Assembly: GCF_009914755.1 (NCBI RefSeq)
Contig: NC_060927.1
DNA: 64,000 nucleotides
Source of the DNA: the human T2T-CHM13v2.0 reference genome, Homo sapiens
Reading direction: 5' to 3' (one strand)
Shown here in pieces: positions 1-14,680 of the stretch (position 1 is its first letter; every line of letters begins with the position of its first letter). The notes beneath the pieces are model-generated. The model was given only the letters and a program-made list of their open reading frames with translations, did no database searches and was not told the origin of the DNA. A program made the translations under genes and the position numbers.

Positions 1-532
1 CTTGTAGACTGGGACCTCATCTGGGCACCAGACACCAGCCTGGGTATACACAGGTCTAGCCTGGAGCAATAACTGGGGCAAAGGGGCAGTCAGCCTGGCT
101 GGGGGTCCTGGTGTCAGTCCACCAGACTCTCCTGATCTGGGCAGGGGCCCCGATGCCTGGACGCCCCAACAGACCAGGCCCTCTGAGGCCTCGGCCTCCT
201 CACCTGCCCACCCAGAACTCAGACAGGATCACAGTCACAGTGACTTTGAGTAGTCACGGCCTGTGTTGGCCCCTACAGCACTGTCAACATTGCTTAATTT
301 GTTGCTAACATTTTCAAACTGGGAAATTTTACATAAGAAGTAGAATTCTCAGCCTCTCTAGAAAAATCAGGCCCTCTGGCCACACTGGAGCCATCCTCAA
401 TTGGAGATGGACAGTGGCTGCCCATCGGGGGCCTGGACCCTCCTGGGCACTCCCAGGTACCCCAACAACTGTCATGCAGAACTGAGATAAAAGTCAATCC
501 AGAGATTCCTCCTGCTTAAAATCTTCAGGGAC

Positions 533-873
<341 letters not shown>

Positions 874-1914
874 TCAATGAGTACAACTGCCTTTTTAAGG
901 GTGGGGTGGCTGTGGCCTGCCACTCCAGGAAGCCATCACTAATATTCTGCCACAGTGACCCCTGCCCAGTCTCTGAGGGCATCAGAATTTGGACTCCCTG
1001 GGCAAAGCACTGCCAAGGCCCTAAAACCTGGAATGGCAGATCCTGCTTTGAGCCAACACAACGCGTGGAAAGCCAGCTGAGCACCAGGCCCATTCAGGCA
1101 GCCATCCAAAGTGCCTGCTGCTGAATGGCTAATGAGAAGAGCTGGGAGGACCTCTGGGGAGCCTGGCCCACCCCAGTCCCAAAGTCTGTACCCCTCACCC
1201 AAAGGGACAGTCCATTGGCATGGAGGAAAGGTGAAAAAATGTTCTCTGGCCTCTGACCTCCCAATCCTCCTCAGTTTAATCCTCTGCCTCCCCAAACCCT
1301 CCCCACTTCAGGCCTCAGCTCAAGTCCCAGTGTCCCCAGCACTGCCCTCTATACAGCTCCCAGGTCCTCAGGGGCAAGGCCAAAGCCCAGCCAAGCCTAG
1401 AACCCTCCCATCCTACTCTCAGATGAGCCAGACACTCATCCCTTCTCCCCATCATGGGGGCACTTCCAAGAGAAGGGTGCAGGATCTCCTTAGGTCTCCC
1501 CTCGGACAGCAGCTGAGCCAGGCCAGGCCACCAACAAATGAGGCGGGTGGCACCAGCCACAAGGGGCAGTGCTGGATTCACTTATCCCCTGCCCCTCTGC
1601 CCAGCCCAGCTCGGCATCCTGGCCAGGCCCATCTGAATATCCATGCAGCCTCTGGGAGGTGGCAGGACCCCAGGACAGGGCTCTATTTGCTGACCCCAGC
1701 TTCGGCTTCCTGCTCTGCATAACAGAGGTGACAATCGCGCCCACCTCTGATGCTGCCCTGTGAGGCTCTCCTTTGTCAGGATGGCCTCACACCCATTTCC
1801 AGAGTGGGAAATTGAGGTCCCGGCAGGCCAGGGGCCAACATCCTCCTTCCCCCACCCACAGAGGCAGCAGAGTCCACCCCCAAGCCTATACCCTGGCCTG
1901 TGAGGGGCACTCAC

Positions 1915-1992
1915 CGTCCTCAATCACAACCTTGATGAGCCGCACAGAGCCAGCCCGTGCCTTGGCAAAGAATTCCTTCAGCTCTTCCGTGG
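1915..1992 (-). CDS. TWF2: Twinfilin-2 coding exon 2 ((A)TEELKEFFAKARAGSVRLIKVVIED)
   Basis: Minus strand reads tag|CC ACG GAA GAG CTG AAG...GAG GAC G|gtgag; 78 nt, phase 1-1, continuing exon 1 MAHQTGIH; ADF-H domain start. Confidence 0.97.
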
Positions 1993-2011
1993 CTATAAGA
2001 ACAAGAAACAT
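1915..2011 (-). CDS. TWF2: Alternative first coding exon, twinfilin-2b-type N-terminus MFLVLIATEELK...
   Basis: accATG TTT CTT GTT CTT ATA GCC ACG is in frame with exon 2. An alternative-promoter muscle isoform with a different short N-terminus is known for mouse Twf2. Confidence 0.7.
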
Positions 2012-2359
2012 GGTGGGGGATGAGTGGGCAGAGTGGACAGAGACGAGTATGGGGCCTGCTCTGTCCCACAGGGTCTGGTGGCTGAGCTGGGAACCAGGTT
2101 AAATACAGCCCCCCATGTGACTGGGAACCTGAGACAGCCACTGAACACAAGCTCCCAAATTTAGCCAGCAGAGGTGGCAGGCGAGTGGCCTGCTGGCTGG
2201 GATAGGTCTGGTGATGGGGCGGGGTGGGCAGGGATGGGACAACCCACCAGAAGATGGGCAGGCTCTGGCATAAGCCAGGCCAGCCACAGTGAATAGCCTC
2301 CATCTGCCCCCTGCCCCGCAGGATGGCCGAGCTCTGGGCTGGCCTGGACACACTCAGCA

Positions 2360-2725
2360 CGGTCATATACACAGAAAAAAGAACACAGACAAATGCCCCC
2401 ACTGTGCAATGACCACTATGCCCATTCACACACACACACACACACACACAGCTCAATCCAGCATGTGTGAATGTAACACACAACACGCATGTGTGACAGA
2501 GGAGCAGAAATTCAAACACCCTCATACATGAACACATGCTCAGTTGCTCAAACACAAATGGACACGCATGTTTAGATACACAAACACACACAGAGATATA
2601 GTCCCCGGCTTGCTAACACGCACACAGGCAGGCAAGTGCAGAGCTTGGCTGAGACGTGTGTGCAGGCAACAGGATGTATCAAAGTGTACACAGAAGCACA
2701 TGGACACGCATGACACCCATGTGTG
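2360..2725. repeat. CA-rich low-complexity tract including (CA)n at about 2427-2450
   Basis: Visible cacacacaca runs and degenerate cacatg/cacaca units. Confidence 0.85.
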
Positions 2726-2904
2726 CAGCCCCAGTCCCAGCCCTCCAGCCAGGCTGTCTAACCCTGAGACCCCGAGGAGCCACAGCCAGCCCAGATACAG
2801 CCCTGTGGGGGGTGGGGGGACAACATGACCTTAACCCTCAGGCAGTTGGGGCAGCTTCCAGGAGAAGGAATGGCTCCCCGAAACTCACTAAGAGACTCCA
2901 TCTT

Positions 2905-3205
<301 letters not shown>

Positions 3206-5739
3206 GAGACTCCATCTTGGTCATTGGGCTGTAGAGCTGGAAGGTGAGAGCCAGTGAGTGACCAAGGACCCCAGGGCAGAGGTGAGGACCATGGTGAGAG
3301 CTGGGGAGCCATAAGTGGTGGATCTACTAGTGGACAGGGAAACCACCACGGCCCATGTGGGGAAGGGCCCTGCTTGGGTCCCTGGGTGAGCAGGGCTAGG
3401 CCAGTGTGACCTTGAGGCTGCCCAAGGGTCAGGGGAATTCCGTCAGGAACACAGCTGGAGGCCTGAGGTCAGAGAATATTTATAGGGCCAGGACTGGGCA
3501 ACTCAGGGGCGGGGGGGCCTTTAGGAAAACAAACTCTGGTTATGTCCTCAGGTGCCCCCCCTTTGCAGAGTGACCGTTAATCTGAGACCTCAGGCTATGC
3601 ACCACCCTCCAAGGCCACTGGGTGGGCTGGGGCCCAACTGAGCTCAGCAGACCCTTAGGGCTCAGAGAAACATGGCATGGAACTGTAGGCAGGTGGACAC
3701 CATCCCACTGGGCCAGGACAGAACTTTCCATCGGCAGATCCCAAGCAGGTCCCTGAGGCCCCAAGCCTGGCCTCTGGGGCTCCACTTCTCCCTCAGCTGT
3801 GTGACTCCTGACCTCTCTGAACTTCAGTGTATAAAATGGAAATAATAGCCCCAAACTTGGCAGGGCTGTGGTGAGGGGTAAATGGGAGAAAGGGCTTGGC
3901 GATGGTGGCCTCTATTAATAACAATTAATCTTTTATTATGATAATAACAGCAAGCTGACTGTGCTGAGCTGCCCCTTCTACCTGCCCAGACCTTCCCAGA
4001 AGGAAGGCCAAGAAGCTCCCCTAAGGGACAGGCCGACGGGCCCCTTCTAGTGTTACCAGGGCAAACTGACACCCCCACAGGGAAAGGCACATCCCTGCCC
4101 ACCCCAGCCCCAATGCCTGCCCAGCCACCATCAATAATCCAGAGGCCAGGCCTGGGACACCTGAGCCTCTATTATCAATGATTCATGAACACCCTCCCTC
4201 CGACTCAAGTGAGCCTCACATTACAGGTCCCTTTCCTGCCTACTCTGCGGTCAGCAGATCCACACCTATGGTCAGGACAGGGCTGGCACCTGGTCCTCCA
4301 GGGTGATCTCTGCTGCCAACTTCCCAGGCCAGAAATGGGAAGAAGTGGGCTGCTCACAGGTGGAAGGAGGGCTAGGGGCAGCCCAGTCCCCAGTGACCCC
4401 CTCGGTGGGCCTGTCTCACTATGGGAAAGGAGGGAGTGAGGCAGCAGGGAAGGGGTATGGGGTGGCTAACTTCCTGGGATCTCCTCCACCAGGGCTGGAG
4501 GCTGGGAGGCAGCAGCTATGACCAGACAAAGGGGAAGGAAGAAGCTGGCCAGGAGGCAGTTCCCTCCTGTGGGGCTGAGTCATGAAGCCTGCCCGCCAGC
4601 TCCTCCTGGAGAAAGGCTGGCCCATCTGGGAGCCCTGGCCCTGACCCAGGCCCCTGCCTTCGCGGGGCCAGGGAAACCTTCTCAGGGCAGCCCAGCCACC
4701 AAGTGGCCACAACCGCACCAGGATTCAGGTGGTCAGGCAGGTCGATGGTGGCAGCCCCAGGCAGGGGATCCTAGTGTGGTGGGAGGGGTGGCTGATGGCC
4801 AAACCCGCCAGGCTGTCTGGGCAAACAGCCCGGGCCTTCCCCACAGGCCAGGCAGCTCTCTCAGGCCAGTGACAGAGGAGGACACTGAGCCCCAGGTAGA
4901 GTCAGGGCACCTGGCTCCCAGCCATTGCTTCTCTCACAGCCTGTCCAAGAAGGAAACTGGGACCCCTAGGGGAGGGGAGGGTGTGATGCGGGAATGGTGA
5001 AGCTTCCTAGGGCTGGGGGCTGGGGGTGGGAGCTGGCCTGGATTCTTTAGGGCCAGGACTCTCCCCACAAAACCCCATATCTGGACCTCTTCTCTGTCTG
5101 CAGCCTGGAGCTGGGATCTTCCAACCAGACTGAGGCAGACTCAGAAAGTCACAGTGGAAAATGGGAGGGAGGTCAGAGGTCAAGGTCAGATAGGCAGCTT
5201 TCTCCATCCCACGTAGAAGTCTCTGTTCCGGGTTTTCCCTAGCCTGGGGAGAGTGAGTGTCCTGGGAGGAGCAAAGGTCAGGGCCTTCTCCTAACACACA
5301 TAAACAAGCCCATTCAAGTCAGACACATGCGGTATATGCATCCTTGGCAAAAATGCACACTGAGACGCGCTCCAACTGTGCACACACACAGACACCCACA
5401 TACATGTGCACACTGCCATGAAACACTGATGTCTAAAGAGGGTCCTATGCGACCTACAGTGTCCATTCAAACAGTCACTAGTGCCAGTGCATGAATGACC
5501 CTAGATGTACACAAGCGAGTCACATCCAGAGGTGCACAGGCAGGACTGTACACGGAAGACGTGTGCACATGCGTGTACACCCACTCCCGGAAAGGAACAA
5601 AAATATACAGATGGGCACACACAGCCACATTCATCTCCAGGTAGGCACACAGATACTTCCACCCCAGTTGTGTACGTACACATACACCCACTCCCAGCTA
5701 TGCACACCACGTCCGTACTCCCCCAGATGTGCCCACCCC

Positions 5740-6500
5740 AGGCGACCCGCGGCTGCAAAAGAGAACAGGAAGCTTTCTCCCGGCTGGTGTGGGGTGGAGG
5801 GAGGGGCCGAGAGCCGGGGGGGGGGCGCTTCCGAGAGCCCAGACCGAGGCCCCCTGCCCGCCCGCCATCCGCCCTCACCGTGGATGCCCGTTTGGTGCGC
5901 CATGGCTCGGCGCTTCGCTCCGTCCGCGCCGTCGGAGCCCTCCGCTTGACCCTGGCCCGGCAACGCTCGCTGGACCAAGAGAGGTGGAGGATGTGGCGGA
6001 GGCTGTCGACCCTCGCGCAGCTTCCCGGGCGGTGCCGCAGGACCCGCCCCCAGCGGCGCCCCGCCCCCGACAGGCGCGGCAGGGAGGCGGGGACTCGGGG
6101 CCGCGCGTGCGCGCAGCCTGCGCCTCGGTCCGGGTGGGTCTAAGGATGATGATTGATCCGCCGTGCGCACGCCAGCGCGTTCCTCTGTGGCAGGAGAGGG
6201 GGGCCTGCGTGTGACCGAGCGTGCGTGGGAGGACGCGCGTGTGTGTCTGTGCGCCCTGATCACGGTGGTCTGTGGGTGGGGCGGATCGTGCACGCGCGCC
6301 CGATCTGTGCGCCCCAAGCCAGGTGGGTCTCCGAATAGGAGTGGGTCCCAGCGTACACGGGTTTGCACCCAGGAAGGGGTCTGCTTGTGGGTGGGCGCGC
6401 CAGCTCTTCCCCAGGGGCCGTTTCTTGAGCGCCTCCCGTGGGGTCCTGGGCACCTCGGGGTGATCATGGCCGCTAGGCTTTGCCCTCACGGGCCTAGGCC
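5740..6500. promoter_or_regulatory. CpG island / main TWF2 promoter (probably bidirectional)
   Basis: High GC and dense CpG around TWF2 exon 1, with GC boxes (ccccgcccc at about 6060). Confidence 0.85.
5879..5903 (-). CDS. TWF2: Twinfilin-2 coding exon 1 (MAHQTGIH + first base of Ala)
   Basis: gccATGG Kozak context; ATG GCG CAC CAA ACG GGC ATC CAC G|gtgag; 25 nt. Confidence 0.97.
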
Positions 6501-6634
6501 CGCCTTCACCCACTAGATGGAGTGTATGGTGGTGAGAGCCCGCCGAGACAATGTGAGGGGCTGCCAGGAGAAGGCGAAGATTGGAAACCTAGAGGGGAGA
6601 ATGAAACAGCCCAGCAGAGTGGAGGGAAAAGTTT

Positions 6635-6945
<311 letters not shown>

Positions 6946-7789
6946 CAGAAAGGTTTTCTGAGAAGAGGGCACTGCATGTGCAAAGGCCCAGAGGTTGAAA
7001 GAGGGCCAGAGCCTGGTGAGGAACTTCCCATGTCCTAATGACCTTCTGTGTCTATATCCAGCAGCCTTGCCTTACTGGTACCAGTACCTGCCTGCTGCTA
7101 CCAACTAGTCAACATGTGGCATCTTCCAGGCCACTGTGATGAGTCAGGGATGAGCATCTGACTCTGGTTGGTCCAATCAGCTTGTCCAGGGACTTTGGCT
7201 GGGAAGATTGGAAAGGAGGCCAGCTTTTTGGGCTGGGGTTGCTGAGAGATGTGATGATGAAATGTGTGGCCTACCTGGCATCTGGCCCCAGCTTCAGCTC
7301 CATTTACTGTCTTGCTCCCCACCCTCACTAGCCTGCATTGAGGCCTCCTCTGTGCCCCCCAACCCCTGAGTTTCTCATCCCCAGAGAGCCCAGCTACACA
7401 GAATTGAAGGGTTTTCTCATTCATCTTCCTGCGCTCACCCTGAAGACTGGGCCTATGTCATCTGCTAACCACTGTCCCCCCAGCACTCACAGTGGAAAAT
7501 GGAGTGTTATGCAGCCCTGCAGCTTGCCTTCTAGAACAGTTCACAGGCAAGGCCTCCCACACTGAACCCTGCTACAGCCAGATGGTGCCAGCAACACAGA
7601 GCTACTTGTTACATCAGCTCAGACTAAGCCACACCCACAGGAGCATCTGGTGATTCCACAGAACCACAAGAGACTTGACCTCCTGGAAATGAATTAACCA
7701 AGATTAATGAAAAAGATTAAGGTCATGTGCCCTGTAAAAATGTCCCTCACTGGATGAACTGTGACAAAGTAGGGTACTGCGTGGTCTCC

Positions 7790-8150
7790 CCAGCTGACCC
7801 TCTCCATGGGTCATTCTTTGCTTTTATCACTACCTGGCACAAATCTTTACGTATTTGTTTATCGTCTTCCCTCCACCAGTAGTTAGGTGTTTGCCCTTGC
7901 TGTATCCCCTGTGCCTAGAACAGTGCCCAACATTGGCAGGTGGCCAATAATTGCAAAATAAGCAAATGTATGAATGAACCATTAGATGCTTTGTGTTGTA
8001 TACTTACTACCTGCTGGGCACATTTATTTAATCCTCATGACAGCCCCTGAAGTAGGTGTTACTTTTTCCATCTTACAGATAAAGACTCTGAGGTTTGGAG
8101 AGGTGAAGTGATTTGATCAATGTCACATGGTAGTGAGTGAGGCCAAGAAT
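7790..8150. mobile_element. L2 3' end and MIR remnants
   Basis: gtgcctagaacagtgcc...tgaatgaa (L2 tail-like) and catcttacagataaagactctgaggtt...gtcaca (MIR core-like). Confidence 0.6.
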
Positions 8151-8178
8151 CATAGTTTCATTTTATTCGAGAAGTTGG

Positions 8179-8645
8179 GGGCCAGGTACAGTGGCTCATG
8201 CCTGTAATCCTAACACTTTGGGAGGCCAGGGTGGGAAGATCTCTTGAGCCTAGGAGTTTGAGACCAGCCTGGACAACAACATGGTGAGACTCCATCTCTA
8301 CAAAAAAAAAAAAAAAATTATTTTAAAATTAGCCAGGCATGGTGATGTACACCTGTAGTTCCAGCTACTTGGCTGAGACAGGAGGACTGCTTGAGGCCAG
8401 GAATTCAAGACCAGCCTGGTAAAGATGGCAAGACCCCATCTCTACATATATATATCTATAGATAGATAGATAGATTAATAGATAGATATGTATTAGCCAG
8501 GCACAGTCACACATGTTTGTAGTCCCAGCTACTTGGGAGGCTAAGGCAGGAGGATCACCTGAGCCCAGGAGTTAAGGGCTGCAGTGAGCCGTGATCACAC
8601 CACTGCATTCCAGTTTGGGTGACAGAGTGAGGCTCTCTTAAAAAA
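8179..8645 (+). mobile_element. Composite old Alu (AluJ-like) with (TA)/(GATA)n microsatellite at about 8445-8490
   Basis: Alu arms with an A-rich linker expanded into tagatagatagat. Confidence 0.8.
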
Positions 8646-8789
8646 TTTAAAAATACTGAAGAAACAAAGGGAGGAGTTTGTAGAATCTTGGAGTGGAGGA
8701 AACTTCTGTGTCACCAAACACAGAAACCATCAAAGAAAATCTTTCACTTCCAAAATTAGTCTATAGAAAAAAAAAAAGAAAATCTTAAC

Positions 8790-9970
<1,181 letters not shown>

Positions 9971-10199
9971 AAAAGATCAATAATCCATTTGCATAAAAAA
10001 TAAAGTCTATATGGAAAAAGCCACCATCACAGCCAAAACACAAATAACAAACTGTAACTTGTTACAAACAGCATACTTGTAACTCATTTCAAAATAAAGA
10101 GCTGATTTCTCTAATATATAAAGAGCTCTCATAAGTCAATAAGAAAAAGACCAATGGTAGCCAGGCGTGGTGGCACATGCCTGTAATCTCAGCTACTCA

Positions 10200-10304
<105 letters not shown>

Positions 10305-11472
10305 TCAAAAAAAAAAAAAAGAAAAAGAAAAAGACAAATGGCCCAGTAGAAAGTGTGGCAAAGGATACAAACAGACCATTCACAGAAAAAGATAGATAAA
10401 TAACATCTCTCAGGAAAGTACCTCCCAGTCACCCTTTGTTGGAAAGTTGTTGAAGGATGCACTTCAGCAAAATGAGGGAGTAAACCAAGAGACATAGGCT
10501 TAAGATCCAGGCAAGAGTGAGGCGCTTAGGAGCCCAGGAAGCCAGAAGAGCCTGGTAGCACTGAAGGAACACTCAGGCCACCTTGGAACAGAGAGGATGG
10601 GATTGCCATGTGGTTCCACATGGCTCTGAAAATAGACAATGGCTAAGCTGTGCAACAGACTGCCTATGACATTTGGTTGCCCAGAGCTTCTGTGAAAATA
10701 CTTCAGGACAAGGCTTTCCCCCACCCAGGGGTGGGTTGGGGAATAGAGTGTATGCACTTTGTTTTGTCCAATTTTAGACTTTAAAATCCTCTGAGGCATC
10801 AACTGGTGAGGGTGAGGAAGTGGCCCCATAGACTGAATTGGGCCTGCCCCACCCTGGTACCTTTCTGTTCTGTCACAGTGACAATTCACAGCTCAGAGGT
10901 CCTTTGGGAAACTTTCTCTGACATCGCCCCTATCCTCTTGCCAGCTGGATGAAGCAGCATCCACCAGAACTGCTACCATCACTGCAGGGGGCTTGGTGGG
11001 CAGAGGCCTGGCTTGTCTCCATTAGCACTGCGTTCCTGTGCCCAGTGTGGCCCCAGCAGACACTGTGGGTTCAGTCAATCAGCCCCCAGGCTGGTCTGGG
11101 ACTGAGTCATCGGAGGGAGTGGGTGTTGGGCACAGGTCCCTGCCCTAAGAACCTTCCTTCTTGGGCCCGAGGAACTCCCACTGGGGCAGGACTAGCTGCT
11201 GGGAGGAAGTAGGGCTTACTGAGCGTCTACCTGGGCTAGGGAGTGGAGGTGAAGGTGGACTCCTCATACAGCTCATATGCAGGCACTGGGCTGTGGAGCC
11301 TTAGCCGCTTTTAATTGGCAAGCCCTGGCTTCCTGGAGGAGGAAAGGGGAAGAGAAGTGCCCTGGGGGCGAGGATTGAGTCAGCTGCATTGTCATAATGG
11401 AAATAGTACAGCCCTGGGTGTCCAAGACTTCCCCTCCATGGGCCTCAGAATCGTCCATATGATGTAACACTC

Positions 11473-11758
<286 letters not shown>

Positions 11759-12299
11759 TAACACTTTTGCACAGGGAGTTGGACTTGAGTGACAAATGGG
11801 TGACAAAGTGCTTTGTTAACTCGCAGATGTGAAGGGGACACTGCGGCTGACCGCCTGGTGACAGCTAGCCAGTGGTTGAGAGACCGCAAGATGGTTCCTC
11901 GTCTTTCACTTCCCTCCGTCCCAGGTCTGAACTCGGACCAGCTGGAGCCTTTGGGGGACCACGGATTCCCCTTTACACTCACACAGATTTCTCTTGTCCG
12001 TCACTCACTCACAGTCCAGTAAGGATCCTGCTGTCTATTCCGCGAAGACATCTTGAATGCAGGGACAGCCATTTGGAAGACTGTCCTCGAGGGTGGCAGC
12101 AGCCTCTCAGGACGGGGAAAGCCAAGGTGCCCACTAAGCCCGTCTGGGGTGGAGGGTGGCAGGCCGGGGTGGAGAGGATTGGAGGCCGCCTGAAGGAACC
12201 TGTGCTCGGTGGCATTTACTCAATGTGGGGGTCTGACACCTCCCAGCTCATTTTGTCCCCATCTTCCCCTTGCGTCAGGTCCCCACCCAGCAGGAGGAG

Positions 12300-13010
12300 G
12301 TCCGAGGATCTGCGCGACGCTGGCCCCGCGGAGTGTGGGGGACTTTTCCTCTCAACCACCAGTGCCCCGCAAGCGTGGGTGAACAGTCCTCCCTGGCTAC
12401 TGTGGGACGCTGGGCAGGCGACTTCGCCTCTCTAGGCCTCGGTTTTCCTGCTTGTCAAATGGGGCTGATGCCGGCGTGGGCTTCTTCAGGCGGTCGCGAG
12501 CGTTGACCCCTGGAGTCAGCGAACCAGCCGCGCACGCACTCCCGGGCGGAGGTCGGGGCTGGGGGGCGACGCCTCCCGTCTGCGCGCCCCCGGCCCCGCC
12601 TCCCGCCGGCGCACCCCTCCCTCGGCTCCGCCCGCGGCCCGCTTCTTCCTCCCGCGGGCGGCCCAGCCCTAGCGCCCCGCGCTCCGCGGGCAGCCCCCTG
12701 CCGCCGCGCCATGTCCGCCGGCTGGTTCCGGCGCCGCTTCCTGCCTGGGGAGCCGCTCCCCGCGCCGCGGCCGCCTGGGCCGCATGCCAGCCCCGTGCCC
12801 TACCGACGGCCCCGCTTCCTTCGCGGCTCCAGCTCCAGCCCCGGGGCGGCCGACGCCTCGCGCCGCCCAGACTCCCGGCCCGTGCGCAGCCCCGCACGAG
12901 GACGCACGCTACCCTGGAATGCAGGCTACGCCGAGTGAGTGCCCCTCCCCGACCCCCAGCTCAGGCCCGGGCCTGAACCCGCTTCGGGTCCTGCGCCCGC
13001 CTAGAAAGCG
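12300..13010. promoter_or_regulatory. CpG island / PPM1M promoter
   Basis: Dense CpG and several GC boxes (ccccgcc, ccgccc) upstream of a Kozak ATG at 12711. Confidence 0.85.
12711..12934 (+). CDS. PPM1M: Protein phosphatase 1M (PP2C-eta) exon 1
   Basis: gccgcgccATG; MSAGWFRRRFLPG...LPWNAGYAE; donor GA|gtgagt. Confidence 0.95.
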
Positions 13011-13580
13011 GGAGGAGCTGAGTGACAGTCCCCACCCACCTGTGGACAGCCCCTTCTTGCCCTCACCTCCGAATCCTGACAACTTCCCGGTCATCCCGAC
13101 CCAGCGTTTTCCTTGGGATTCCGACCTCCCCCTCAGAGAAGACAGGAGGTCGGGAAGGACCTGCAGCCCAGGGGCTTCCAAGATGAGGCCCAGAGACTCG
13201 GTAGAGTTCCAGCATTCGGGGCTTTGGAGATTTCCCCTCGCCCTCTACCCCCACCATCTCACCCTGGGTATGACCTGCGCTGTATGGGACAGGGCTTTGG
13301 GCTGCGACAGGACAGGGGCAGGAATGGCAACCTACCCTTACCGTCTAGCCCTGGGTCACCAGGTAGGCTCCAGAGGAGCTGGGCCCTGACTTTTACCTTA
13401 GCCATGAGGCCAGTGAAGTTAGGAAGCTTACATCGTGGTTGTCTAAGTGTGTGTTAGGGACAGCACTGGGGAGCTGTTGCCCCAGAGGGAGGGGTCTTCT
13501 CCCTGTGCTGGCTTGGGTCCCTGTGCCCATGGGGACATAGGTGTGTCCCTGGAGGGTCGCTTACCATTTCCCGGCCTCAG

Positions 13581-13698
13581 GATTATCAATGCAGAGAAAT
13601 CTGAATTCAATGAGGATCAAGCCGCCTGTGGGAAGCTGTGCATCCGGAGATGTGAGTTTGGGGCTGAAGAAGAGTGGCTGACCCTGTGCCCAGAGGAG
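13581..13698 (+). CDS. PPM1M: PPM1M exon 2
   Basis: cag|G ATT ATC AAT; IINAEKSEFNEDQA (PP2C motif 1); donor gtgagt. Confidence 0.95.
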
Positions 13699-13859
13699 GT
13701 GAGTGCAGTCTGAGTTCTTGGCTGGAATCCCTCCGACAGGCTGGGGCCACGACCTGCAGGCTGAGGTTCTTACCCTGCTGCCCCAGGTCCTAGTTAGGTT
13801 GCGTCAGGGGACAAGTGGGGAAGTCAGGCAGAGGCTGACACTGAGCCCTTCCTGTGCAG

Positions 13860-14114
13860 TTCCTGACAGGCCATTACTGGGCACTGTTCGATGGGCACGG
13901 CGGTCCTGCAGCAGCCATCTTGGCTGCCAACACCCTGCACTCCTGCTTGCGCCGGCAGCTGGAGGCCGTGGTGGAAGGCTTGGTGGCCACTCAGCCCCCC
14001 ATGCACCTCAATGGCCGCTGCATCTGCCCCAGTGACCCTCAGTTTGTGGAGGAAAAGGGCATCAGGGCAGAAGACTTGGTGATCGGGGCATTGGAGAGTG
14101 CCTTTCAGGAATGT
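13860..14114 (+). CDS. PPM1M: PPM1M exon 3
   Basis: YWALFDGHGG PP2C signature; cag acceptor, gtgagt donor. Confidence 0.97.
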
Positions 14115-14567
14115 GTGAGTGTGTGGCTTTTGGCTGGGGAAGAAGTGGAGATTTTGCCCCGGGGATCTCAGGAAATGGCATCTCTGTATACCCATGGTCA
14201 TCACACCAGATCCTTGGATTGGGAGGATGAGATTGGGTTGGTTGGATTGTTACTAACAGCCATCACTATCAGCATAACCCCTCTCATTTATCCAGCACCT
14301 ACTGTGTGCTAACTGCTTTTACCTGCATCATCTAATTGAATACCCTATTGGTCCTTGGTGCAGGGGCTGGTTTCTCTTCCTATTTTGAGTAGCACTTCCC
14401 TTGTCTAGATCTCCTGACTGCAGGGATCTTGGAGGTATGGCTGGACTTTGGGCTGGGACTGTCAGGCCTGCTGGTAGAAGTGAACTGTAGGGTAGGGTGG
14501 GGATTGAGAGACAAAGTAGTATGGTGGCAGAACAGGCAGCAGCTAAGGTGGCCTCGGTTTTCCCCAG

Positions 14568-14680
14568 GATGAGGTGATCGGGCGGGAGCTGGAGGCCTCA
14601 GGCCAGATGGGCGGCTGCACAGCCCTGGTGGCTGTGTCCCTGCAGGGAAAGCTGTACATGGCCAATGCTGGGGATAGCAG
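14568..14680 (+). CDS. PPM1M: PPM1M exon 4
   Basis: GGCTALV...LYMANAGDSR PP2C motifs; canonical splice sites. Confidence 0.97.

Noticed and set aside
1111-1722. 203-aa plus-strand ORF antisense to a TWF2 intron
   Set aside because: Non-ATG start, Pro/Ser/Gln-rich low complexity, no recognisable domain; expected by chance in GC-rich DNA.
5491-6516. Stack of 150-280-aa ORFs on both strands over the TWF2 promoter
   Set aside because: Stop-codon depletion in a CpG island; Arg/Pro/Gly/Ala-biased. Only the 25-nt exon is supported. A divergent lncRNA is plausible but its exons cannot be defined from sequence.
6510-6523. CTCF-like motif CCACTAGATGGAGT
   Set aside because: Mismatch at a key core position; cannot be supported without ChIP data.
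12397-13457. Long overlapping ORFs around PPM1M exon 1
   Set aside because: CpG-island artefacts in alternative frames of the true exon.
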